Below, piece after piece: positions 1 to 9,219 of a stretch of DNA of 64,000 bases. Position 1 is the first letter of the stretch, and the number at the start of each line of letters is the position of its first letter. The position numbers and the translations under genes were made by a program. The DNA lies in contig CBEVQY010000008.1 in NCBI GenBank assembly GCA_965552135.1, positions 3,662 to 67,661 on the forward strand. Reading direction: 5' to 3'. The DNA comes from an uncultured bacterium (GTDB lineage Bacteria; UBP14; UBA6098; B30-G16). The notes under the pieces are model-generated. The model was not told the origin of the DNA and ran no database searches. It saw only the letters and a program-made list of their open reading frames with translations.

Positions 1-473
1 ATGTGCGTCTCCATCACCCTGCGCGCAACGTTTGCGTCGGCGTTGGCGAAGGCGGCTATGGTGTCGTCGAACATGCGCGATATGCTGTCGTGAACGCGCC
101 TGAGCTTGACGAACACCGGCGCGTCGGATATCGAGCTACCGTAAAGCTCGCGAAGCTCGAAAAAGTTTTTGGCATAATCCCCTATCCGCTCGATGTCGAC
201 GGTTATGGTCGTCAGAACCAGCGCGGCGGTTGTGTCCTGCTGCGGCGCAACCGAAAGGTGCTCCATCACCTTGCGCCTTATCTCTATCTCGAGGGCGTTT
301 ATCTCCCTGTCGAGGGCGTAGATGCTTTCGCCGTTGACCTCCTCGTCGAAAAAGAGCGGAGCCGTTGCCATGTGGAAAAGCTTTTGCGCCTTGCGGAGCA
401 TCTCCTCCGCGTCGCCCAGAGCCTGGTGAAGCAAATCCTCCTTGCGCCAAAGCTCGAAAAGCCTGCGGAACAT
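1..473 (-). CDS. phoU: PhoU-domain phosphate uptake regulator (3' end runs off the window)
   Basis: Not in ORF track; hand-translated from ATG 473: MFRRLFELWRKEDLL...DREINALEIEIRRKV...DIERIGDYAKN...; PhoU ERIGD motif; starts 1 nt after the Na/Pi transporter stop. Confidence 0.85.
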   Translation of the reverse strand, partial: MFRRLFELWRKEDLLHQALGDAEEMLRKAQKLFHMATAPLFFDEEVNGESIYALDREINALEIEIRRKVMEHLSVAPQQDTTAALVLTTITVDIERIGDYAKNFFELRELYGSSISDAPVFVKLRRVHDSISRMFDDTIAAFANADANVARRVMETH

Positions 474-474
474 G

Positions 475-1605
475 TCATCCTCCTCCCTTTCTGAACACCC
501 ACGCCAGAAGCAAAGGCACAACGTAGAATACAACGCCTATGTAGGATATGGCAAGCCATCTGCGCCTGATCGCGAACTCTCCGAGCTTTTTGGCAAGCTC
601 TATCGGAACGGTGCGCAGGGGATACCAGACGACTATCCCAGATATGTTGAACAGAAGGTGCACGAAGGCTGCAGCCATGGCTGCGGGGTTTTGTGTGACG
701 AACGACGCCATTATCGCGGTCACGGTCGTTCCGACGTTGGCGCCCAGGGTGTAGGGGAAGATCTGCTCGACGGAGAGTATCCCCGCGCCGACTATGGGGA
801 CGACCAGCGACGTCACAACCGAGCTCGACTGAACGACGGCTGTGAACACAAGCCCCAAAACGAAGCTGCGCAGCGGATTTGCGAAGAGATAGCCGTGCAA
901 AAGCCTCTCGAACTTCCCTATCACGATAAGCTTCATGAGCCTGACTATTCTGGAGAGCGTGAAAAAGAGCGTTATAAGCGCCAGCGCCAGGCACGTCAGA
1001 GCCACGGCGACGTGACCAAGCCCAATGGACTCCACGGCGCGGACCACAAGGTGAACGCACGGCTTCACGAAAAGCTTGAGTGGGCTTACAAGCTTCACTC
1101 CGCCGACGCCGGCGAATACCTTCTGCAGGAACGTTGCAGCGTGCTCGAGGTAGTGCGTTGCGATCTCAAGTGGCAAAAACACCACAACCGCAAGCAGGTT
1201 GAAGAAGTCGTGCACGGTTGCGCCGGCAAAAGCGCGTCTGAACTCAACGGGACGGGTTATGTGCCCCAGGGAGACCACAGTGTTGGTCACGGTTGTGCCG
1301 ATGTTCGCACCCATTATGATGGGGACGGCGTTCCTTATGGTAAGCGTTCCTGCGGCGACCATGCTCACAACTATCGACGTCGTCGCGGAGGAGCTCTGAA
1401 CCACGCTTGTGGCAAGCACGCCGAGGAAAAGACCGATGAGGGGGTTTGATGTCGTCCGCAAAAGACCCTCGGCAAATCCCCTGCCCAAAAGCTTGAACGA
1501 TGCCCCCAAAAGCTCTATGCTGACGAGGAAGAAGTAGAGGGCGACAAGGAGGAGCACCACCCTCCCCGCCGTCCTTGCGGCACCAACCTTAGGACCTTCC
1601 CCCAT
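475..1605 (-). CDS. Na/Pi cotransporter family protein (NptA/SLC34-like)
   Basis: Two VQSSS motifs and two GAN(I/V)GTT motifs; multiple TM helices; start taken at MGEGPK. Confidence 0.92.
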   Translation of the reverse strand: MGEGPKVGAARTAGRVVLLLVALYFFLVSIELLGASFKLLGRGFAEGLLRTTSNPLIGLFLGVLATSVVQSSSATTSIVVSMVAAGTLTIRNAVPIIMGANIGTTVTNTVVSLGHITRPVEFRRAFAGATVHDFFNLLAVVVFLPLEIATHYLEHAATFLQKVFAGVGGVKLVSPLKLFVKPCVHLVVRAVESIGLGHVAVALTCLALALITLFFTLSRIVRLMKLIVIGKFERLLHGYLFANPLRSFVLGLVFTAVVQSSSVVTSLVVPIVGAGILSVEQIFPYTLGANVGTTVTAIMASFVTQNPAAMAAAFVHLLFNISGIVVWYPLRTVPIELAKKLGEFAIRRRWLAISYIGVVFYVVPLLLAWVFRKGGG

Positions 1606-1715
1606 CTCCACGAAGCAGGCGTTGAGAAAAGTTAGCGCGGCGTTTTTTGTTGTCAAGGGCTTTTCGCAAATATCTGTTGCGGGCTGGGGAGTTTGGTGGG
1701 TATTTTGAAAGGCTT

Positions 1716-2726
1716 ATGGAGCGCGGCGATGTTACTGATCTTCTTCGTTCGGCGCCTTCGGTGGACCTGCACTGCGACGCCCTAAGCGCCGTTCGGCGCG
1801 GATGCACGCTGGCAAAGCGAAGGCGGAGAGGGCACTGGGACACCCAAAGGATGCGCGAGGGCGGGATATGGTGTCAGGTGCTTGCGCTTTTCGTCCATCC
1901 TCGCCTTGTGCCGAAGGTGCTTTGGTGGCGGTCGATTCAGAGGCAGCTTGCCCGCCTCGACGAGCTTCTGTCGTGCGATGAGTCGCTTGTGCTCGCCCTT
2001 ACGCCGGACGATGTTGTCGAGTCTGCGCGGAGGGGGGTTCGCTGCGTCGTCGTTGCGCTGGAGGGGCTTCACGCCGTCGAGGGCGACGCCGAGGAGCGCA
2101 TGGAGCTTTTGTGGCAGCGCGGCGTCAGGATATTCACCCTCACGTGGAACAACTCCAACGCCTTCGCTTCCGCCGCACTCGATGTGCACGCCGACGGCGG
2201 GCTTTCGCCAGAGGGGCGGAAGATGGTGGGGTGGATACGTGAGCGCGGCGGCATCGTAGACCTCTCACACGCATCCGACAAAACCTTCTGGGACGTGCTT
2301 GAGCTCGGCGTGACGCCGATCCTTTCGCACTCGGCCCTGAGGGAGCTTTGCGGCACATCGCGCAACGCAACAACGGCTATGGTTCGCGCGCTGGGCGAAG
2401 CCGGCGGCGTTATTGGGATAAACCTCTTCCCGGGGTTTCTCGCGAAGAAGCGCTACAGCGCTGTTACGTCCGACGACGTCGTTGCGCACATATCCGCTGC
2501 GATCGATGCCGGCGGCGAGGGCGTTGCGGCTATTGGCTCCGACTTCGACGGCGTAAAGGCGCTGCCTAAAGACATCCCCGACGCCGCAGCATTCGCAAAA
2601 ATACCACAAAAGCTTTTGGAGTATGGCTTCGGAGAGGACGTCGTTAAAGGCGTTGTCGGCGCAAATTTCATAAGATGCTGGCGCAAAGTTTTGGAAAAGG
2701 TGAAGGGCAATGCGCAAAAGGCTTGA
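1716..2726 (+). CDS. Membrane dipeptidase (peptidase M19)
   Basis: DLHCD, ALEG, TLTWN, DLSH, SHS and IGSDFDG motifs. Confidence 0.9.
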   Translation: MERGDVTDLLRSAPSVDLHCDALSAVRRGCTLAKRRRRGHWDTQRMREGGIWCQVLALFVHPRLVPKVLWWRSIQRQLARLDELLSCDESLVLALTPDDVVESARRGVRCVVVALEGLHAVEGDAEERMELLWQRGVRIFTLTWNNSNAFASAALDVHADGGLSPEGRKMVGWIRERGGIVDLSHASDKTFWDVLELGVTPILSHSALRELCGTSRNATTAMVRALGEAGGVIGINLFPGFLAKKRYSAVTSDDVVAHISAAIDAGGEGVAAIGSDFDGVKALPKDIPDAAAFAKIPQKLLEYGFGEDVVKGVVGANFIRCWRKVLEKVKGNAQKA

Positions 2727-3225
2727 CAGAAAGTACGTCGTCGCCTACTGGGCAACCTTCGCAAGCTATGTGGTCGTCTTCCTGGTGCTTATGCTGACCA
2801 TAGGCTACGACTACAACAGACCGCTTTCCGGGGTCTGGGTGAGGCGGTTTGGGCTTTTCCTTATGATAGCCGGCTGGGCGATATGGTATGCGGGGAGGAA
2901 GAAGCTCGGGCACGAAAGCATCGACATAGACCCGTTGGGCGAGATAGCCCGGATGGTCTTCCACCCGCGGGCGAAGTGGGAGAAGCGGTACCCCGAAAAG
3001 CTCGTAACCGACGGGATATATCGCTACACAAGGCACCCACAGTATTGGGGGACGGTTATATTTTATATAGGTCTTTCGATCGGGCTTGAGTCGATACCTG
3101 CGCTTTTTGCGACCTTGGCTTTCGTTCTGCCAACGCACATATGGCGCGCGAGGGTGGAGGAGAGGATGAACCTCCGCGTCTTCGGCGAGAAGTACAGGGA
3201 GTACATGGAGAGGGTTAGGATATGA
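2710..3225 (+). CDS. Isoprenylcysteine carboxyl methyltransferase / PEMT family membrane protein
   Basis: LVTDGIYRYTRHPQY motif, EE..FGE.YREY tail, 4 TM helices. Confidence 0.85.
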   Translation: MRKRLDRKYVVAYWATFASYVVVFLVLMLTIGYDYNRPLSGVWVRRFGLFLMIAGWAIWYAGRKKLGHESIDIDPLGEIARMVFHPRAKWEKRYPEKLVTDGIYRYTRHPQYWGTVIFYIGLSIGLESIPALFATLAFVLPTHIWRARVEERMNLRVFGEKYREYMERVRI

Positions 3226-3632
3226 TAAGGTACATCGACCACACGGCAGATGCGGGTTTTGAGGTCGAGGCTTCGGGGCTTGTGGAGCTTTTCGAAGAGG
3301 CGGCGTATGCTATGCTCGATATGCTCTACCGCCGCGAGCTTGTGAACGAGGCGGCAGAGCGCAGGATCGAGGTTTCCTCCACCGCGGTCGACCTGCTTTT
3401 GCACGACTTCCTCTCCGAGCTTTTGCAGGTGACGGAGTACGACGGCTTCCTGGTCAAAACGCTCGCGATAGACGACATAAGCGACAGGAGGGTTTCCTGC
3501 ACCCTCCGCGGAGAGGACTACGACCCCCAAAGGCACGAGTTTTTGACGGAGATCAAAGCCGTCACCTATCACCAGCTTGCCGCCGAGCCCCGGGGCGATA
3601 AGTGGTACGGCAGAGTCATCTTCGATATATGA
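3222..3632 (+). CDS. Archease
   Basis: N-terminal DHTAD, EIKAVTYH, C-terminal FDI. Confidence 0.93.
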   Translation: MIRYIDHTADAGFEVEASGLVELFEEAAYAMLDMLYRRELVNEAAERRIEVSSTAVDLLLHDFLSELLQVTEYDGFLVKTLAIDDISDRRVSCTLRGEDYDPQRHEFLTEIKAVTYHQLAAEPRGDKWYGRVIFDI

Positions 3633-3646
3633 AGAAAGGAGCGGCG

Positions 3647-6600
3647 ATGCAGGTTTTGTTTTTTGCGGTTGCGTTTGTCGCTGCTTCTGTTGGCGCCCTG
3701 CCTTTGGCTTATTGCCCCGTCGCCGACGAAAGCTCCGCTGTGGTGGTATTTGAGCCCGGCGAGTTTCTGGTCGACACTGTGGAGACCGAGCTTGGCGGCT
3801 TTGTGCGGTACAGGATACCGCTGGGCGGGTACGTTGGCGCCGTGGGTGCGCCGCAGATCCCAACGTGGGGAACGCTTGTGGCGATCCCGCCCACGGGCGG
3901 AGCGGAGGCGGAGCTTGTGAAAGCCGTTTGGGATACCGTGCAAAACGTCCTGCTCTACCCTGTCCAGGATCCGTTTGAGGCGCAGGACTTTTCCTTCGAC
4001 GCCGATGCCTACGCCTCGGGCGTTTACCCCGCCTGTGGGGTCAGCCTTGGTGCACCCGCGATATTCCGCGACCTCAGGGTCGTCCCCCTCAACTTCTTCC
4101 CTCTGCGCTACGACGCTAAGTCGCGCACCCTGCTTGTGGCGCGGCGAATGGTGGCGAAGGTCAGGTTCACGGAAACCGACGAGAGAAACGCCCTCCCGGG
4201 CGGATATCGCTTCATCTCCGAGGCTTTCGACCCGATCTATCAGTCGCTTGTTGCCAATTACTGGTTCTACCGCAGGAGGCTTGAGCTTCGCAGGGGCTGC
4301 ATACTCTACATAATCCGCGACAGCTACGCCGAGGAGCTTGAGCCTTTGTTTTCCTGGCGCAGGGCGAGGGGGTTCCGCGTGCGTGTGGCGTACGCCAAGG
4401 AGGACATAGGCGCCGGCGACAACCCAACCGCAGATGAGCTCTTAGCTTACATCCAAAACGCGTACTCGACGTGGGAGCATCCGCCCGAGTACGTCGTTTT
4501 CGGCGGCGACTGCGTAATGGGCTCCGACCGCTTGCCCGACTACCCATACCCGAGTCCATTTACGGGCGGCACCTATCCCTCGGACCATCGCTACTCGCTC
4601 GTTGCCGGAGACGACTACCTTGCCGACATAATGGTTGGTCGCATATCGGTCGACTATGAGTCTGAGGCGTCGTGTTACGCTGCCAAGGTTGTTGGCTACG
4701 AGAGCGAGCCTGCCTTTGGCGGCGAGGGCTGGCTTAACCGGGGTCTCGTCGTCGGAGCCAACTGCTGCGGCTCGCCGAACCCCGTCACGCCGAGGCTCGT
4801 TATGCTCTGGACGCGGGAGCTTGCGCTGAACCACGGCTTCGCCGAGGTGGAGACCGCTTTCTGCGAGGGAACCGATTGCCCACGCGACGCGGAGTTCATT
4901 TCCTCGGTCGTCAACGACGGCGTGGGGTTCATCGCCTACCGCGGATGGGGTGCGACAGCCGGCTGGTTCTTCCCCGCGTACTACGTCTCGCACGTCCTCG
5001 GGCTTTCGAACGGGTGGATGTTGCCCTTCGTCACGAGCATCGTCTGCGGGACGGGAAACTTCAACAGCTCCACCACCGACCCTTGCTTCGGCGAGGCGTG
5101 GATACGTGCCGGCAGCGCGGCATCGCCCAAGGGCGCCGTCGACTTCTACGGACCATCCGACGGCGATACGCACACAAAGTGGAACAATCCCAACTGCGAG
5201 GGATTCTACTGGGGGTTTTTGGAGGAGGGGCTCGAGACCTTCGGGCAGTGCGTTCTGCGGGGAAAGCTTACGATATATCTCGCCTACCCCGACGACAGAC
5301 CCGTCGGAATGGGTGTCGACCACTACCAGTACGTGTACAACATCATAGGCGATCCCTCGGTTTTCGTTTGGTCTGGTGTTCCTTCGACGCTTTCGGTTTG
5401 CGTGCCCGGTGAGTTTCACCGCGGCGCAACGCAGGTCTCCGTTCGCGTCACAGATGGCGAAAGCCCCGTGCCCGGCGCGCTTGTTTCCGTGTGGTTCTTC
5501 GACGGGGATCCGTACACCGCGTTTACCGACTCATCCGGCTGGGCTTTTGTTACGTTTCCGCCGCGGGAGACGGAGGCGCACGACAGCGCGTCTGTGGTCG
5601 TAACGCTTGCCGGATACATCCCCCGCCGCGCGGTCGTGAGGGCTTCTACGGAGGGAACCGCGGCTTTGGACAGCGTTTTGTTCGACGACGATGCGACGGG
5701 CGAAAGCTTTGGCGACGGCGACGGCATAGTCGAAGCCGGCGAGGTTGTGGAGATAACGCCCTATCTGCGTTCTGCGCTGGGCGCGCTGCACGACGTCTCG
5801 CTGAGGGTTCTCCCCGGCGTGGGCTTTGGCGTGGTCGACAGCGTGGCTTACTTCGGTGACCTGCCCGAGGGCACCGCGGTCTGCGCCTCCGACCCCGTCG
5901 TCGTGGCGTTGGAGAGCGAGCCCAACGCACCCTCGGGAAGCCTTTGGGTCGTCCTCCGCTTCGAGGTCGCAGATGCCGGCGGCGTGGTCGACACCGTTGC
6001 CTGGGGAGGGTACGTCCTCTCGCCATATCTTTCCGTCGTCGACGTGGTTCCCGAAGGCGGCGTTGTTGCGCCGGGCGAAACGACTTCCGTCTCCCTCTTC
6101 CTTGCGAACGTCGGCGCTTCGGCTCTGCACGACGCAGAAGCGACAGTTGCGGGCGGGGAGTGGATCTGGGCGGCAACCGATTCGGTCCACGTTCCAGCTT
6201 CTGTGCCGGGGGAGACCGTCGAGGTCGCAGGGATAGCCCTCCTCGCCGACGAGGGAATGATAGACGGCATAGTCGACACGATAGTGCTTGATGTGAGCGA
6301 TGGCTTTTTCTCGCAGCGTGTTGCGGTGCCCGTGACGGTTGGCTGCGTCAGCTCGAGCTCCTTCGGCGGACCCGACCCCTACGGATACTACTGCTACGAC
6401 AACACCGACACGGCGTCCGGTCGCATCTACGACTACGACTGGATCGAGCTTATGCCCGAGTACGGCGGCAGCGGCGCTCCGCTGTGGCTCGGCGACGACG
6501 AAACGGCTCTCGTGCCCCTGCCATTCGAGTTCAAGTACTACGGGGTGACCTACGACACCATAGCGATATGCTCCAACGGCTGGGTCGCCTTCGGCAGCGT

Positions 6601-7381
6601 GCCGACGGAAACCTACTGGAATTTCTACAACCGACCAATACCTGATCCCTCCGGTCCGCCCGCTATGGTATGCCCCTTCTGGGACGACATCGACCCATCG
6701 CCCGAAGGGTGCGGCGTGTACTACCAGTACTTCCCCGAGCGGTTCATATTCGTTGTGGAGTGGAGGGCGGTGCACACCTTCGACGACACGACGGTGGAGT
6801 GGTTTGAGCTTATCCTGCGCGATCCGAGCCACTACTATTATCGCACCCGCACCGGTGACGGCGAGATAATCTTCCAGTATCGCCAGGTGGCAGACATTGA
6901 CGAGCAGGTCGACGCCGACGACATAGCGGAGTTTTCGACCGTTGGCATCGAGGAGCCCGGTCAGCGCTTTGGGATAGAGTATTCTTACTGCGGCGTTCTT
7001 GCACCCCACGCCGCGCCGCTTGTGCCGGGGCGCACCATAAGGTTCACCACAAATCCCCCCGAGGCGATTTACGCTCAGGTCGGCGAGCGCCCGCGAAAGC
7101 GCGCGAAGGAGCTTGTTGTGAGGGCTTTCCCGAATCCGTTCAACGGCGCCTGTGCCCTCGATGTCCTCGCCGACGCGCCGGGCGCGCTTGTCGTCGATGT
7201 CGTTGATCTCACCGGCTCCCTCGTGAAGAGGGTATTCGCCGGGCACGTCGACGCGGGCTGGCACAGGTTCGTCTGGAGGGGGCAGCTCCAAGACGGTTCG
7301 CCTGCGCCTTCAGGCGTGTACATCGCAAGGATCAGAAATGGCGTGGAGCTTAGGTGTGAAAGGATTCTCCTCTTGCGGTGA
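3647..7381 (+). CDS. Gingipain (C25)-like secreted protein: propeptide, C25 domain, Ig-like repeats, T9SS type A CTD
   Basis: Signal peptide; propeptide (PAIFRDLRV); YVVFGGD, SDHRY, VGRIS, SIVCGTG, YNIIGDP; GPDPYGYY module; PNPFN...PSGVY...ILLLR CTD. Confidence 0.88.
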   Translation: MQVLFFAVAFVAASVGALPLAYCPVADESSAVVVFEPGEFLVDTVETELGGFVRYRIPLGGYVGAVGAPQIPTWGTLVAIPPTGGAEAELVKAVWDTVQNVLLYPVQDPFEAQDFSFDADAYASGVYPACGVSLGAPAIFRDLRVVPLNFFPLRYDAKSRTLLVARRMVAKVRFTETDERNALPGGYRFISEAFDPIYQSLVANYWFYRRRLELRRGCILYIIRDSYAEELEPLFSWRRARGFRVRVAYAKEDIGAGDNPTADELLAYIQNAYSTWEHPPEYVVFGGDCVMGSDRLPDYPYPSPFTGGTYPSDHRYSLVAGDDYLADIMVGRISVDYESEASCYAAKVVGYESEPAFGGEGWLNRGLVVGANCCGSPNPVTPRLVMLWTRELALNHGFAEVETAFCEGTDCPRDAEFISSVVNDGVGFIAYRGWGATAGWFFPAYYVSHVLGLSNGWMLPFVTSIVCGTGNFNSSTTDPCFGEAWIRAGSAASPKGAVDFYGPSDGDTHTKWNNPNCEGFYWGFLEEGLETFGQCVLRGKLTIYLAYPDDRPVGMGVDHYQYVYNIIGDPSVFVWSGVPSTLSVCVPGEFHRGATQVSVRVTDGESPVPGALVSVWFFDGDPYTAFTDSSGWAFVTFPPRETEAHDSASVVVTLAGYIPRRAVVRASTEGTAALDSVLFDDDATGESFGDGDGIVEAGEVVEITPYLRSALGALHDVSLRVLPGVGFGVVDSVAYFGDLPEGTAVCASDPVVVALESEPNAPSGSLWVVLRFEVADAGGVVDTVAWGGYVLSPYLSVVDVVPEGGVVAPGETTSVSLFLANVGASALHDAEATVAGGEWIWAATDSVHVPASVPGETVEVAGIALLADEGMIDGIVDTIVLDVSDGFFSQRVAVPVTVGCVSSSSFGGPDPYGYYCYDNTDTASGRIYDYDWIELMPEYGGSGAPLWLGDDETALVPLPFEFKYYGVTYDTIAICSNGWVAFGSVPTETYWNFYNRPIPDPSGPPAMVCPFWDDIDPSPEGCGVYYQYFPERFIFVVEWRAVHTFDDTTVEWFELILRDPSHYYYRTRTGDGEIIFQYRQVADIDEQVDADDIAEFSTVGIEEPGQRFGIEYSYCGVLAPHAAPLVPGRTIRFTTNPPEAIYAQVGERPRKRAKELVVRAFPNPFNGACALDVLADAPGALVVDVVDLTGSLVKRVFAGHVDAGWHRFVWRGQLQDGSPAPSGVYIARIRNGVELRCERILLLR

Positions 7382-7434
7382 AATTGCCTTGCCCAGCGCG
7401 CAGGGGAGTTTAATGTTAGATGGGGAGGTAGGCT

Positions 7435-8814
7435 ATGCTGCGGGTTGCGTCTTTGGTTTTGTTGCTTTTGGGATTTGTTTTTGGGTGGGTTGTGACGTTC
7501 GGCGGCGCCGGGAATGACATCTTCCGCGATGTCGTTGCGCTTTCGGGTGGCGGGTTTGTTCTCGTTGGCTCGACGACCTCAGGCGGCGCCGGCGGAAGCG
7601 ACGTGTGGCTCGTCAGGATAGACGAGGACGGCGAGGTCGTCTGGGAGGAGACCTACGGCGGCTCTTACGACGACGAAGCTTACGCCGCGGCTGTGCTGGA
7701 TGGCAGGCTGATCGTTGTCGGAAGCACCAGGTCGTTCGGCGAGGGAACGCCGGGATATTCGAACGTCTACATCCTTGAGGTCGACCCTGCTGGCGGCGAG
7801 CTTTTGGGCTATCACGTCGCGGGCGGCGATATGGACGACGCCGCGCTTGGTGTGGCTGCAGGGGACGACATCGCTGCCATCGTCGGTTACACGTGGACCT
7901 CCGGAAGCCGCGACGAGGGGTACGTCCTTTTCTTTTCCGACAGCGTCGACTCGGAGCTTGTCTTCGGGGGCTTAAGCAACGACGGCTTCAGAGCGGTGGC
8001 GTACAGCGACGGCAGGTGGGTCGCCGCAGGATACACCAAATCCCTCGGCGAGGGCACGCCTGCCTACTCCAACGCCCTCGTCGTTTGGGATTTTGGGGTG
8101 CAGTATGCCGTTGGCGAAGGCGGCACCGACGAGGCAAGCGGCGTGGCGTTCACGCCGTCGGGCGAATGCGTCGTCGTCGGCAGAAAGCAAGGGGATGCCG
8201 GTCTTGATCTGTGGGTCTTTGAGGTCGACGACGACGGCGCGGTGCATGTCTCGGCAACATCCGGCGGAGTGTACAACGAAAGCGGCCAGGACGTTGCCGT
8301 CGCCGATGACGGCTTCGTCGTTGTCGGCTTCTCGAACTCGCCCGGAACAGCCGGATACGACGACGTATACATCGTCAAGTTTGGTACGGATGGCTCCCTC
8401 CAGTGGTCGAGGACCTATGGCGGCACAGGGAACGACTACGCCTACGCCATCTGCCCCTGCGGCGACGGATACATAGTCGCGGGGGCTACGATGTCCTTCG
8501 GCGAGGGCGGCTTCGACGGCTACGTGCTGCGCATAAGCTCCGAAGGCGATACCACAACCGACGCCGTCGCATCAAAAAGCTTGCGCCCCGAAAACGAAAC
8601 TATCTCCGTCTACCCAAACCCCTTCAACGACGCGTGCACGATATCCGTCTCGCCCCGAGGGGGGATGATAAGCGTCTTCGACGCGCACGGCAGGGTTGTT
8701 GACAGGCTTTGGGTTTTTGGCGGAAGCGTCAGGTGGACCCCCGGGCGCCTGCCCTCGGGCGTCTACAGGATAAGGTGCGGAAGCGCCGAAGCTAAGGCGG
8801 TTTTCGTGAAGTAG
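7435..8814 (+). CDS. Secreted beta-propeller repeat protein with T9SS CTD
   Basis: Repeated (T/F)GG..DD.A..V / G.T.S.GEG blades; YPNPFN...PSGVY..VFVK CTD; GGAGG RBS. Confidence 0.8.
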   Translation: MLRVASLVLLLLGFVFGWVVTFGGAGNDIFRDVVALSGGGFVLVGSTTSGGAGGSDVWLVRIDEDGEVVWEETYGGSYDDEAYAAAVLDGRLIVVGSTRSFGEGTPGYSNVYILEVDPAGGELLGYHVAGGDMDDAALGVAAGDDIAAIVGYTWTSGSRDEGYVLFFSDSVDSELVFGGLSNDGFRAVAYSDGRWVAAGYTKSLGEGTPAYSNALVVWDFGVQYAVGEGGTDEASGVAFTPSGECVVVGRKQGDAGLDLWVFEVDDDGAVHVSATSGGVYNESGQDVAVADDGFVVVGFSNSPGTAGYDDVYIVKFGTDGSLQWSRTYGGTGNDYAYAICPCGDGYIVAGATMSFGEGGFDGYVLRISSEGDTTTDAVASKSLRPENETISVYPNPFNDACTISVSPRGGMISVFDAHGRVVDRLWVFGGSVRWTPGRLPSGVYRIRCGSAEAKAVFVK

Positions 8815-8846
8815 CCGCCCTGCAAACCCTGTAACGGAGGTCGGTT

Positions 8847-9218
8847 ATGGAGTTGGCTGATCAGTTGGTCGAGGCGATGAGGACGGAGTTGGTCAAGGCG
8901 AAGGGCTGGATGAAGTTCGTCGGGATAATGATGATCATAGGCGGTGCCCTTTACGTCTTGACCATCGTGGGTATCATAGTCGCCTGGCTGCCCATCTGGA
9001 TGGGCGTTCTCCTCATCCAGGCTGCGGGGCTTGGTGAGCAGTTTGCCCGATCGGGCGATTTCGAAAAGCTCCAGCTCGCGCTCGCTAAGCTCAAAACTTT
9101 CTTCGTGCTGGGAGGGGTTTCGCTCATCGTCGGAATCGCGCTATCTGTAGTGTGGGCTATTATAGCCTTGGTCGTTGGAATTGGCGAAGTGATGCCCTTT
9201 ATACACATGGGCTACTGA
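8847..9218 (+). CDS. DUF5362-like small membrane protein
   Basis: GWMKFVGI, AWLPIWMGVLL, KLKTFF pattern; GGAGG RBS. Confidence 0.7.
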   Translation: MELADQLVEAMRTELVKAKGWMKFVGIMMIIGGALYVLTIVGIIVAWLPIWMGVLLIQAAGLGEQFARSGDFEKLQLALAKLKTFFVLGGVSLIVGIALSVVWAIIALVVGIGEVMPFIHMGY

Positions 9219-9219
9219 C

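Noticed and set aside
3-494. Plus-strand 163-aa ORF
   Set aside because: Antisense to phoU
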